DNA of 62,866 bases from an uncultured Acidimicrobiales bacterium (GTDB taxonomy: Bacteria > Actinomycetota > Acidimicrobiia > Acidimicrobiales > SZUA-35): positions 1-62,866 of the forward strand of contig CALLGK010000284.1 of NCBI GenBank assembly GCA_938009905.1, in the 5' to 3' direction. Of the stretch, positions 44,695 to 53,654 are shown in pieces. The position numbers were made by a program, and so were the translations under genes. Position 1 is the stretch's first letter. Every line of letters begins with the position of its first letter. The notes beneath the pieces were generated by a model. That model made no database searches, had not been told where the DNA came from, and saw only the letters and a program-made list of their open reading frames with translations.

Positions 44695-45885
44695 CTACCG
44701 CTGTCGTTGTTCGATGTCGGCGAGGTAAAGCGCCCGGACGGCAAGCACATTGCGCACGTCGTCTGCGGCATCTGCGAAGAACTCGTCTCGATAGGTGCTG
44801 TCTGTGATGAGCGAGACGGCGAACTGCAGGGCGGAGAACGCGGCGATGAATCCCGACACGGCGAGCAGCTCCCACGTGAGCGCCACCTGCGATCCGAAAA
44901 TTGTGGCTTCCCACACGACACTCTCAGCGAACGTGGCGGGTGTGAGCGCGGTCCATGTTTCGATCGTTTCCTGTCGGACGGTGAACAGCCCGAAGATCAC
45001 GTAGAACACACCGATCACCGCCGCAACGAGCACGACCTGGACGGCCTGCCGCATAAACAGCAGAACCCCGATGTTGAGTCGGTCGACAGCGGTCAGCGGC
45101 TCGATCGCGGGCGGCTCGGCCAGCTCCCGTTCACGCTCGACGTCAATCGGCGCATCACAACGCCCGGCTACCTCGCAGATCTCCTTCCAGTTGGCAAAGC
45201 CTGAGAGCGACGATGTCTCGGCCGGAATCCGAAGGGCCAGAAACACCAGCGCGGTCACGGCAACAATGCCGACTGCGATGGCGTAGAAGGGCCCGGTGAA
45301 ATCGTGGGCCACCTGCCACATTTCGGCATTGAGAAAGAGGAAGGTGGCAAACAGCAAGAGGAGCGGGAGCGATCGCATCATGAGACGACCGACGCCGCTC
45401 ACCTCCTTCACCATGTGCACTGCGCCAGATCGGAGCATCGGGATCATGCCGAAACTCACCACGAAGTAGGTAAGGCCAAGCAGCACGATGTTGAAGGCGA
45501 TGAGCATGAGGAAGCCCGATGTGCGGTCGCCGCTGAACAACACGGGCAAGATCGCAGGACCAATGATGAAGAGGGCGATCTCGAGAATCCCGATGTCTTC
45601 GGGCAGCGCGAATCGGCGTCGCCCTCGAATGGTGTTCAGCACGGCGACGGCCCCGAGCAACAAGCCAACGGCGAGCAAAAACACACCGAACTGCGACCAT
45701 CCGGTGAAGCGGTCGCCGAAGCTCGCCGTTGCTTCCAACAGAAACACCATGCTCAGAAACGGCGCCGCTCTTGTGAGCACGTCCGTGCTGGCGGAATAGT
45801 CGTGGATCGCGTGGGGCAGCCCTTGGCGGACGAACCAGCTCTCGACGTCGTCGAAGTAGGAGTCGCTGTCGGCGTGCTTCACCAT
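44695..45885 (-). CDS. Hypothetical integral membrane protein
   Basis: About 9 hydrophobic segments. ATG 45885 (MVKHADSDSYFDD) forms an ATGGTGA overlap with the upstream SDR stop. No family recognised. Confidence 0.55.
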   Translation of the reverse strand: MVKHADSDSYFDDVESWFVRQGLPHAIHDYSASTDVLTRAAPFLSMVFLLEATASFGDRFTGWSQFGVFLLAVGLLLGAVAVLNTIRGRRRFALPEDIGILEIALFIIGPAILPVLFSGDRTSGFLMLIAFNIVLLGLTYFVVSFGMIPMLRSGAVHMVKEVSGVGRLMMRSLPLLLLFATFLFLNAEMWQVAHDFTGPFYAIAVGIVAVTALVFLALRIPAETSSLSGFANWKEICEVAGRCDAPIDVERERELAEPPAIEPLTAVDRLNIGVLLFMRQAVQVVLVAAVIGVFYVIFGLFTVRQETIETWTALTPATFAESVVWEATIFGSQVALTWELLAVSGFIAAFSALQFAVSLITDSTYRDEFFADAADDVRNVLAVRALYLADIEQRQR

Positions 45886-46586
45886 GGGTGGGGCGAACCG
45901 TCCCATTGGATGAATGAACCGGTGTGTTCAAGCGAGAGACCGTCGAGCGTCTGCACGATTGCGCTGGCCGATTCGTCTGGCGACAGCGCTGCTGAGGCGC
46001 CTCCCATGTCGGTGGCTACCCAGCCGGGATGCATTGCCACCACCGCGACTCCGTCGTCTCGAAGCGCAGCCGCGCTCTTGACGGTCAACATGTTGAGGCC
46101 AGCCTTCGAGATGCAGTACGACGTGTCGTTGCCGATCCGTGCCGCAACCTCCATCGAGCCGAGCTGCGACGAGATGTTCAGCACGACAGGGTTCGTCCCG
46201 GCTGCGATCAGAGGCCGCAATTCGCGGGTGAGCACCATCGGTCCACCGACATTGACGGCAAACACCTGTTGCGTCGTCTCGATATCGAGATCCAACGGCC
46301 CCCGATCGTTCGCTCCAGCGCCAAACGCCCGCGCATCAACGCCGGCACAGTTGATCAACACATCGAGCTGATCGATCTGCGACGTGAGCGCCGCCGCTCC
46401 AGCGACGATGCTCGCCTCGTCGCTCATGTCGATCTGCACGGCACCGGCCGGGTTGAGGGCCAACAGTTCGGTCGGATCGGCCTGTCGAGCCGATCCCCAT
46501 ACGGCGTCGCCACGGGCGATCAGCCGGCGAACCAGGTGGAGACCGAGACCTCGGTTAGCGCCAGTGACCAAGACGGTGCGAGCCAT
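45879..46586 (-). CDS. SDR family oxidoreductase
   Basis: VLVTGANRGLGLHL, NCAG, and S...YCISKAG. Confidence 0.85.
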   Translation of the reverse strand: MARTVLVTGANRGLGLHLVRRLIARGDAVWGSARQADPTELLALNPAGAVQIDMSDEASIVAGAAALTSQIDQLDVLINCAGVDARAFGAGANDRGPLDLDIETTQQVFAVNVGGPMVLTRELRPLIAAGTNPVVLNISSQLGSMEVAARIGNDTSYCISKAGLNMLTVKSAAALRDDGVAVVAMHPGWVATDMGGASAALSPDESASAIVQTLDGLSLEHTGSFIQWDGSPHPW

Positions 46587-46597
46587 ACGGCGTCACC

Positions 46598-47221
46598 CTA
46601 GTGCTGGGGCCCCTCTTGATCGTTCCGCAGCACCGCAACGGTGCCGACCACACGCTGGCCAACGGTGAACCACACTGCGGCGCCCCAGATCCACAGGAGC
46701 AGTTCGAGTTGGCCGGGGAAGACCAAGAACGCGATGTAGGCAACGATCGTTTCGGTTCCTTCCGCCAGACCAGAGGGAAACAGCAGGCTGCGGCCGTCTC
46801 CTTCTGCCCCTCGGTTGCTCTCCAAGCCAGACCACGCCAGAAACGCCGCACCGTTGACGTAGTAGGCGACAAGCACGACAAGGGCCGCAAAGCGAGCCTC
46901 CGGTACGGCGTACCCCAGGGCCGCGATCATGGCTCCATAGATGGCAAAGTCGGCGACGATGTCGAGAAAGCCACCGAGCTCGGTTGGTCCGCCCTCTTGC
47001 GCCCTCGCCATCGGCCCGTCGAGACCATCCCCGGCTCGATTCGCGAGCCACAGGGCGAGGGCGAGCCACCACATTGATTGGCTGGCGGCCGCCACGGCAC
47101 CGAGCCCGACGACAAATCCAACGGCTGTCACCGCGTTCGGACGCACCCCGAAACGGATCAGCTCGCGCCCCAACAGGTCGAGCGGGTCTCGCAGGTAACG
47201 GCGGAGGGACTGGTCCAGCAT
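46598..47221 (-). CDS. CDP-alcohol phosphatidyltransferase family protein
   Basis: Signature D-G-x2-A-R...G-x3-D-x3-D in NRAGDGLDGPMARAQEGGPTELGGFLDIVADFAIYG. ATG 47221 (MLDQSLRRYL) is preferred over the longer ORF. Confidence 0.8.
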   Translation of the reverse strand: MLDQSLRRYLRDPLDLLGRELIRFGVRPNAVTAVGFVVGLGAVAAASQSMWWLALALWLANRAGDGLDGPMARAQEGGPTELGGFLDIVADFAIYGAMIAALGYAVPEARFAALVVLVAYYVNGAAFLAWSGLESNRGAEGDGRSLLFPSGLAEGTETIVAYIAFLVFPGQLELLLWIWGAAVWFTVGQRVVGTVAVLRNDQEGPQH

Positions 47222-47342
47222 GGGCGGTTGAACCGTACCTGCGTGGACCGACGCAAACCATGAGACGACTCGGGGTCGGCTCAGGGTGAGTTCAGGGTCC
47301 TCACTGATTCCCGTCGAGGCCGACGAGATCAACACTGGAGGT

Positions 47343-47735
47343 ATGCAGAATCAGTCGTTCGCCTCCACCCCATCATCCAAGATGCGCCGCCACGACGGCC
47401 CTGTCGGTGGCGTTGCCGCCGGACTGGCCCGGACGTTCGGCATCGAAGCCGGCTTCGTTCGGCTCGTGTTCGTCGCAGCCGCCATTCTCATGGGCCCGAT
47501 CGTCGTCGCCGCCTACATCGGCCTCTGGTACGTGATGCCCGTCGACGAGTCGGTGCCGCTTGAGCACCGCCCAGACGCACCACCGATCGCCCTTGTAGTC
47601 ATCCTTGCTCTCATCTTCGGGCTTGGCTTCGCCTTCGACCTCGCCTTTGGCTTGGCCTCGCTGGTGTCATCCATTCCTGGCTGGCTCATTGTTGGTGCCC
47701 TCGTCTACTTCATCGTGAAGCGGGCCAAGAAGTAG
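47343..47735 (+). CDS. PspC domain-containing membrane protein
   Basis: GGVAAGLARTFGIEAGFVRLVFVAAAIL (PspC domain) plus C-terminal TM helices. The start is ATG 47343 or ATG 47382 (MRRHDGPVGGV). Confidence 0.75.
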   Translation: MQNQSFASTPSSKMRRHDGPVGGVAAGLARTFGIEAGFVRLVFVAAAILMGPIVVAAYIGLWYVMPVDESVPLEHRPDAPPIALVVILALIFGLGFAFDLAFGLASLVSSIPGWLIVGALVYFIVKRAKK

Positions 47736-47767
47736 TCAACACGTACTCCCTCGTTCCCTCCCAAGGT

Positions 47768-47807
47768 CCCGGCTCCTCCTCGACATCTGCTCGGGTGAGG
47801 AGCCGGG
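47768..47807 (+). terminator. Long-stem hairpin after the PspC gene (possible terminator)
   Basis: CCCGGCTCCTC-18 nt-GAGGAGCCGGG has a perfect 11-bp stem. There is no U-tract and the loop is large. Confidence 0.3.
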
Positions 47808-47831
47808 CCGCGCCGCTGCGAGAGTGACTGG

Positions 47832-48770
47832 ATGCCCAGCCGAAAGTTCTTGGTCGACACCGACACAGCGTCCGATGATGCCGTTGCCATGATCATGGCG
47901 TTGCGCGATCCCGAGGTCGACGTTCTCGCGTTCACGGTTGTGGCGGGCAACGTTCCGCTCGACCAAGCCGTGCAGAACGCCCTCTACACGGTCGAGCTGT
48001 GTGGCGACGACACACCGGTGTACGTGGGTGCCGCCACTCCCCTTCTACGTGATCTCGGCACGGCGCAAGACGTGCACGGCGACGACGGATTCGGCGACAT
48101 TGGGCTCGATCTCCAAGGGCGCACACCAGCCGACGGGTGGGCTCCGCAGGTACTTGTCGACACCATCCGAGCGCACCCCGGTGAGATCACCCTCGTCACG
48201 CTCGGACCGATGACCAACATCGCAACCGCGTTGCTCTGGGACCCTGGCATCGCATCGCTGGTCGATCGCTGTGTTGTGATGGGCGGCACCGGCCTCAACG
48301 GGCCGGGCAACGTTTCGCCAAACGCCGAGTTCAACTTCTGGGTTGATCCTGAGGCGGTGCGGGTCGTGCTCCGCTCCGGCCTACCGCTCGAGTTCGTGGG
48401 CTGGGATATCTCCATTGCCTCCGCCGTGGTCACAGACGAGCGGCGGGCAGCCATTCGAGCGATCGACACGCCCGTTGCCCACTTCTCGCTCGACATCCAG
48501 AGCGTGCTGGCCGACTACGCCCTCGCTGAAACCAAGCTTGAAGGCCCCGACTTTCCTGACCCCATCGCCATGGCCCACGCCATCGACCCGTCTGCTGCCA
48601 CCGCAGAGAAGGTGGCCGTCGACATCGCGATCGGACCGGACCCAATGCGGGGCACGATGATCGTTGATCAGTTCGGCTTTCAAGGCTCAACGCCAAACGT
48701 TGACGTGGTGACCCACTACCCGTCAGATCACTTCTTTGCGTTGCTCCACGAGCGGCTCGCTACACGATGA
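47832..48770 (+). CDS. Nucleoside hydrolase (IU-NH family)
   Basis: N-terminal VDTDTASDDAVAM (DxDxxxDD motif), 312 aa. Confidence 0.85.
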   Translation: MPSRKFLVDTDTASDDAVAMIMALRDPEVDVLAFTVVAGNVPLDQAVQNALYTVELCGDDTPVYVGAATPLLRDLGTAQDVHGDDGFGDIGLDLQGRTPADGWAPQVLVDTIRAHPGEITLVTLGPMTNIATALLWDPGIASLVDRCVVMGGTGLNGPGNVSPNAEFNFWVDPEAVRVVLRSGLPLEFVGWDISIASAVVTDERRAAIRAIDTPVAHFSLDIQSVLADYALAETKLEGPDFPDPIAMAHAIDPSAATAEKVAVDIAIGPDPMRGTMIVDQFGFQGSTPNVDVVTHYPSDHFFALLHERLATR

Positions 48771-49443
48771 AGCGGCCACGGCCACGAGCGAACAGCGTGG
48801 CGAAGTAGGCCAAGCTCGTTGCGGCGGCAGCCACATAGGTGAGCGCGGCAGCCGTCAACACCTTCTTGACTCCTTCACGCTGCATCGGATCAGACAGTCC
48901 AAGGCGTTCGAGACTCTCGAGCGCTCGTCGGCTGGCGTTGATCTCAACCGGCAAGGTCGCGAGTTGAAAGACCGTCATGCCGAAAAGAAGCAACGCACCG
49001 ATCTTGATAATGCCGTCGTTGCCCGTCATGAAGCCGGCAATCACCACCATCGGGCCGAAACGCGATCCGAGGGCAGCCATCGGCACGAGGAAGTGACGGA
49101 GACGCAACCGAAAGTCGTTGTGTGCATCTTGGAGGGCGTGACCCGCCTCGTGCGCAGACACGGCCATAGCGGCCACGCTTGTGACGCCGAAGTTGGTGGA
49201 TGACAAGCGCAGGATGTCGCGCTGGGAGTCGTAGTGATCGGTGAGCGCGCCCTTCACCTGTTGGATCTGCACGGTCGTGACGCCCTGGTCTTTCAGGATC
49301 GCCGCGGCCGTTTGGGCACCAGTGACGCCGTATTGATTCGGCACCTGACTCCACGTCCGGTACGTCTTTTTCAACCACCACTTGACCAGGAAGGAACCGC
49401 CAAAGGCGATGCCTGCCAGAAGATACGCCAGCCCTGTACTCAT
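48760..49443 (-). CDS. Putative neutral zinc metallopeptidase (YugP-like membrane protein)
   Basis: ATG 49443 (MSTGLAYLLAGIAF...), LTDHYDSQRDILRLS, HExxH in SAHEAGHALQD, and C-terminal TM helices. 11-nt convergent overlap with the hydrolase gene. Confidence 0.8.
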   Translation of the reverse strand: MSTGLAYLLAGIAFGGSFLVKWWLKKTYRTWSQVPNQYGVTGAQTAAAILKDQGVTTVQIQQVKGALTDHYDSQRDILRLSSTNFGVTSVAAMAVSAHEAGHALQDAHNDFRLRLRHFLVPMAALGSRFGPMVVIAGFMTGNDGIIKIGALLLFGMTVFQLATLPVEINASRRALESLERLGLSDPMQREGVKKVLTAAALTYVAAAATSLAYFATLFARGRGRFIV

Positions 49444-49582
49444 GAATCCGACGATATGCGCTGGTGCACTCTTGTGCTCCCTCCATGAGATTCGCGATGC
49501 TGGAGCCTTCACAACTGCGCGGGGCATCTTGGCCCCGTTGCGCCAAGGGCTGTTCGTGAGCGAAGCGAACGGCGGGAGCACC

Positions 49583-51292
49583 ATGAAAGCCACAAAGCTG
49601 ATTCCAACAAGCGCTGGCCCAACGGTTCAGACGACTGCCGGCGAACTGTCCGGCGCGTTGAAGGCCAAGGGCACGATGCTGCGCTTCCAAGGCATCCCGT
49701 ATGCCGCGCCAGCTTCGGGCGACGACCGGTGGCGAGCTCCGCAACCGGTTTCGCCCTGGACCGGCACCCGTAAAGCGGTTCGACCTGGCCCCATCGCCCA
49801 TCAGCGGGCCCAGGCGATGGAGCTGTTCGCCACCGTCCTGAGTGAGTCGCTCGGCATCTCGAAGGCAAAGCAGACGGTGCTCAAGAAGGCCATGCTGCTT
49901 CCGCGCAAGCAGAGCGAAGATTGCCTCACGCTCAACGTTCGAGCCCCGTCGCACGCCAGGGATCTGCCCGTGATGGTGTGGATCCACGGCGGCGACCACA
50001 CAGACGGCAGCAGCATCGAGCCCTTCTACACAAGCGACGCATTGCCCGAACGGGGCTGCGTGCTTGTCACAATCAACTACCGCCTCGGCCTCTTCGGCTT
50101 CTTCGCTCACCCCGAGCTTGCAGACGAGAACCCAGACGGTGTCGCGGGCAACTACGGCTTGCTCGACCAGATCGCCGCTCTTGAATGGGTGCGAGACAAC
50201 GTCTCGGCGTTTGGTGGCGATCCGAACAACGTCACCATCTTTGGCGAGTCAGCCGGCGGCGAAGCGGTGCTCAACTTGATGACGTCGCCGAAGGCTCGCG
50301 GTCTCTTCCACAAAGCGATTGCGCAAAGTCCGAGCGACAGTGGGCGCTGGCTTCACCTCAAGCAACCCATGCTCGACTTCGATTCAGCCCTCGACGCTGG
50401 CAAGCGTTTTGCCGACGCAGTTGTCGGGCCCCAGCCAGGACAGCTCGCTCGCCTTCGAGCGCTGCCCGCCAAGGAACTCAGCGAGGCGTACCGAGCCCAC
50501 CCAGAAATGGGCCGCCACTTCTATCCGTGCGTCGACGGAGTCGTGCTGCCCGAGACACCGATGACGGCGTTCTCACGTGGCGTCCAGGCTCCCGTGCCTC
50601 TCATGATCGGATACAACTCCGACGAGGGCTCGCTCCTGGCTCCGTTCATGCATCCTGTTGGCGGCGAGTTCTACCGAGAACTCGACGACCCAACGCCGCT
50701 GAACGCTAGGCAGATCCGGGAAACGTTCGAGAAGTCATACGGCTCAGCTGATCGAGTCGACCGGCTGTTCGCGGCATACCCAGGGCTTGATCGACAGGAG
50801 ATCGAAGCGGCCACCGAGCACGCCGGCGATCACATGTTTGGCGTGCACGTTGAGCATGCAAGCGTGCGTCATGCAGAGATCGGACAGCCCACGTATCGGT
50901 ATCACTTCCGGTCGGTGCCACCGTCGCCGACGCAGACCGCCGGGGCGTTCCACGCAGCCGAGCTTCCCCACGTGTTTGGCACAACCGTGCCGATCTTGCC
51001 TGTGGCCGACGACGGCCACCTGCTTACCCGGGCCATGGGCGACCACTGGTTTGCCTTCGCAGCGCAGGGATCGCCCAACACACCAGGGCGTCCTGATTGG
51101 CCGGCGTTCGATCCAAACGATCGGCATCAGATGGTGTTTGACCGACCAGCGTCTGGCCCAGAGCCATGCCCGACCCAGCCTGGCCTCGACGTCATGCGCG
51201 AACGTATCGCCTACCTCAACGGGCTCTCGGCCGGCGCCACGGGCGACGTCGATCTACGAGCCGAAGACCCCGTCGCAACCCCCGGCGCCTAG
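49583..51292 (+). CDS. Carboxylesterase type B, second copy
   Basis: ATG 49583 (MKATKLIP...). FQGIPYAAP, VWIHGGD, and nucleophile elbow GESAGGEAV. Confidence 0.85.
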   Translation: MKATKLIPTSAGPTVQTTAGELSGALKAKGTMLRFQGIPYAAPASGDDRWRAPQPVSPWTGTRKAVRPGPIAHQRAQAMELFATVLSESLGISKAKQTVLKKAMLLPRKQSEDCLTLNVRAPSHARDLPVMVWIHGGDHTDGSSIEPFYTSDALPERGCVLVTINYRLGLFGFFAHPELADENPDGVAGNYGLLDQIAALEWVRDNVSAFGGDPNNVTIFGESAGGEAVLNLMTSPKARGLFHKAIAQSPSDSGRWLHLKQPMLDFDSALDAGKRFADAVVGPQPGQLARLRALPAKELSEAYRAHPEMGRHFYPCVDGVVLPETPMTAFSRGVQAPVPLMIGYNSDEGSLLAPFMHPVGGEFYRELDDPTPLNARQIRETFEKSYGSADRVDRLFAAYPGLDRQEIEAATEHAGDHMFGVHVEHASVRHAEIGQPTYRYHFRSVPPSPTQTAGAFHAAELPHVFGTTVPILPVADDGHLLTRAMGDHWFAFAAQGSPNTPGRPDWPAFDPNDRHQMVFDRPASGPEPCPTQPGLDVMRERIAYLNGLSAGATGDVDLRAEDPVATPGA

Positions 51293-51304
51293 ACGGCTCC
51301 AGCC

Positions 51305-51880
51305 TTACTTCTTCTTCCGCAACTGTTCGTAGCCCTGCTGCACGTCGTGGATGTGGTGCTCGATGTCGTGCAGGAGATAGCGACCAAAGCTCTCAACCGT
51401 GAACGAGGCGCCATCGCTGCGCTCAGCTGTTCTGGCCCACCCATCGTCGCTGACCTTGTCGAACCGATCGGCCATAGCGCCGGCGGCAACCGCAAGGCCG
51501 TAGGCGACTTGGTCGGGGTCTTGCTTGTGATACTTCCCCTTCACCGCAGCCTTGTTCTGGTCCCAGTCGCGGAACTTCGGGTTCTTCTTCTTGAGCATCT
51601 TGTCGAACCGATCGGCAAAGAGCTCGTACACATCTCGGACGTGTGCTCCGTATTCGAGCGCCGACCACACCGGTGAGTTTGGGTCGCCGTCCGGCGGCCG
51701 CTTCGACACGATGTCGCCACCGCTCAGGAGGCCGCGCCACGTTGCAGCGGAGGCGCGAATCTTCGCCCCAATCTCACTTCGGTCGTAGTTGTTGGCCTCG
51801 TAGCCGCACTCTGAACATGAACGATCAAGCGTCCACGTCCAGTCCTTGTGATCGGGCTCGGGAACTACCGGGTCTGCCAT
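51305..51880 (-). CDS. DinB-family (DinB_2-like) protein
   Basis: N-terminal CSECGYE motif, a four-helix-bundle-length body, and C-terminal YLLHDIEHHIHDV His cluster. Confidence 0.6.
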   Translation of the reverse strand: MADPVVPEPDHKDWTWTLDRSCSECGYEANNYDRSEIGAKIRASAATWRGLLSGGDIVSKRPPDGDPNSPVWSALEYGAHVRDVYELFADRFDKMLKKKNPKFRDWDQNKAAVKGKYHKQDPDQVAYGLAVAAGAMADRFDKVSDDGWARTAERSDGASFTVESFGRYLLHDIEHHIHDVQQGYEQLRKKK

Positions 51881-51932
51881 CAGCCCAACCTAGCCCTCAA
51901 GGCTCAACGCCGTTCGCTCCGCGAACGCCAAC

Positions 51933-53654
51933 CTACGAGCGCAGCCTGTCCGTACCTGCTGAGTCGACGGTGCCGTCGCTGTTCAGCACGACGCCGTATT
52001 CGTCGCGAGCCGATTCCTCGGTGATGTAGCCATCGGCCACGTCGCTCGCGACAAGGTCGGCGGGGCGATCATGGGGAGACCCAAAGCCGCCGCCGCCTGG
52101 CATCTGCAACACGAGACGATCGTAGGCCGGGATCGACTGCTGACCCTTCGAGCGCATTGGGTCACCCTTTGCCCTGGCCACAATGCCGGTTGAACCGTCA
52201 AGGCCGCCGTGGCGACCCTTTGGCGCATTGTTGACACGTTCAAACATGGCGAGCACATCAAATGGCGCTCCGCCGTCGCCGCCAAGCTCCATGGCTTGCC
52301 CCAGCCCACCCCGGTAGCGACCGGCGCCACCAGAGTCAGCTCGCAGTTCCTTGCGCCAAAACACGATCGGAGCAATCGACTCTGTGGCCTCAACAGGCAC
52401 GCCCTTCACACCGCTTGGGAAGCCGGTGGCCGACAGGCCGTCGAGCGTTGGTCGAGCGCCCGCGCCACCGGAGTTGAAGTGCATCATTTCGAACTCGGGG
52501 ATATCGCCCTCGTAGTCGGTGTTGGTCGACACGGACGGACCGCTTCGCAGCTGAATGTTCCACAGCGAGGCCGAACCTTCCGCCTGGATACCGTCGTCGA
52601 GCATCTGATCGACACAGCCAAGAATGGTGTCTGGAAGCAGGTGGCCGATGATGTGGCGAGCGGCCACGGCAAACGGTCGAGGCGCATTCAAGATGCAGCC
52701 CTCTGGGGCAGCAAACGTGAACGGCTCCATCGACCCGAAGTTGTTCGGGATGTCGGGCGCAACAGCAACCTTGATGCCGTAGGTCGTGTAGGCCTTGGTG
52801 TAGTTGAGCACCACGTTGATGCCGTGGCTCGACGCAGGCGACGTGCCTTCGTAGTCGATGTGAATGTTGTCCTTCGACACCGTGACCGCAGCCTTGAGCG
52901 TGACGGGGGCGTCGTAGCCGTCCATCGTCAGCTCGTTTTCGTACGTGCCGTGCGGCAACTCGTTGATGCGATCGAGGGTGGCTGCTCGCGAGCTGTCGAT
53001 GATGAAGTCACTCAGCCCTTCGAGATCGGAGATGTTGAACTCTTCCATCATCTCGATGAGTCGGTTGGCCGCAATGTCGTTGGCGGCGGTGAAGGAGTAG
53101 ATGTCGCCAACAACCTGCTTGGACTCACGCACGTTCATCCGCACGATGTCGAACAGCGTCTCGTTGGGCTCCCCCTCACGGAAGAGGTGCAGGATCGGGA
53201 TGTTGAGGCCCTCTTCGTAGACCTGACGACCGTCTGGCGTGAACCCTCGGCCACCGATGTCGACCACGTGGCAGGTGTTGGCCACCATGCCGATGGCAAC
53301 GTCGTTGAAGAACACGGGAGTGGCGACGGTGATGTCGTGTTGGTGACCTGACGCAAGCCACGGGTCGTTCGTGATGAACACGTCGCCCGGCTTCATGGTC
53401 TCCATGGGGTGCGCCTCGATGAAGTGCACAACACACGACGCCAACGCGTTGATGTGCCCCGGCGTACCGGTAACAGCCTGGGCCAGCATGCGGCCCCGCT
53501 GATCGAAGACGGCAGCTGCGAGGTCGCCTGCTTCTCGCACGCTGGTAGAGAACGCGGTGCGAATCAGCGTCTGAGCTTGCTCTTCAACCACCGCGATCAG
53601 GCGGTTCCACATCACATGTTGATGGATCTGAGCGAGAGGGTTTGCCGCTGTCAT
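51933..53654 (-). CDS. hyuB: Hydantoinase B/oxoprolinase family protein
   Basis: 573 aa with ITNDPWLASGHQHDITV and GGGGFGSPHDRP near the C-terminus. ATGA overlap with the hyuA stop. Confidence 0.9.
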   Translation of the reverse strand: MTAANPLAQIHQHVMWNRLIAVVEEQAQTLIRTAFSTSVREAGDLAAAVFDQRGRMLAQAVTGTPGHINALASCVVHFIEAHPMETMKPGDVFITNDPWLASGHQHDITVATPVFFNDVAIGMVANTCHVVDIGGRGFTPDGRQVYEEGLNIPILHLFREGEPNETLFDIVRMNVRESKQVVGDIYSFTAANDIAANRLIEMMEEFNISDLEGLSDFIIDSSRAATLDRINELPHGTYENELTMDGYDAPVTLKAAVTVSKDNIHIDYEGTSPASSHGINVVLNYTKAYTTYGIKVAVAPDIPNNFGSMEPFTFAAPEGCILNAPRPFAVAARHIIGHLLPDTILGCVDQMLDDGIQAEGSASLWNIQLRSGPSVSTNTDYEGDIPEFEMMHFNSGGAGARPTLDGLSATGFPSGVKGVPVEATESIAPIVFWRKELRADSGGAGRYRGGLGQAMELGGDGGAPFDVLAMFERVNNAPKGRHGGLDGSTGIVARAKGDPMRSKGQQSIPAYDRLVLQMPGGGGFGSPHDRPADLVASDVADGYITEESARDEYGVVLNSDGTVDSAGTDRLRS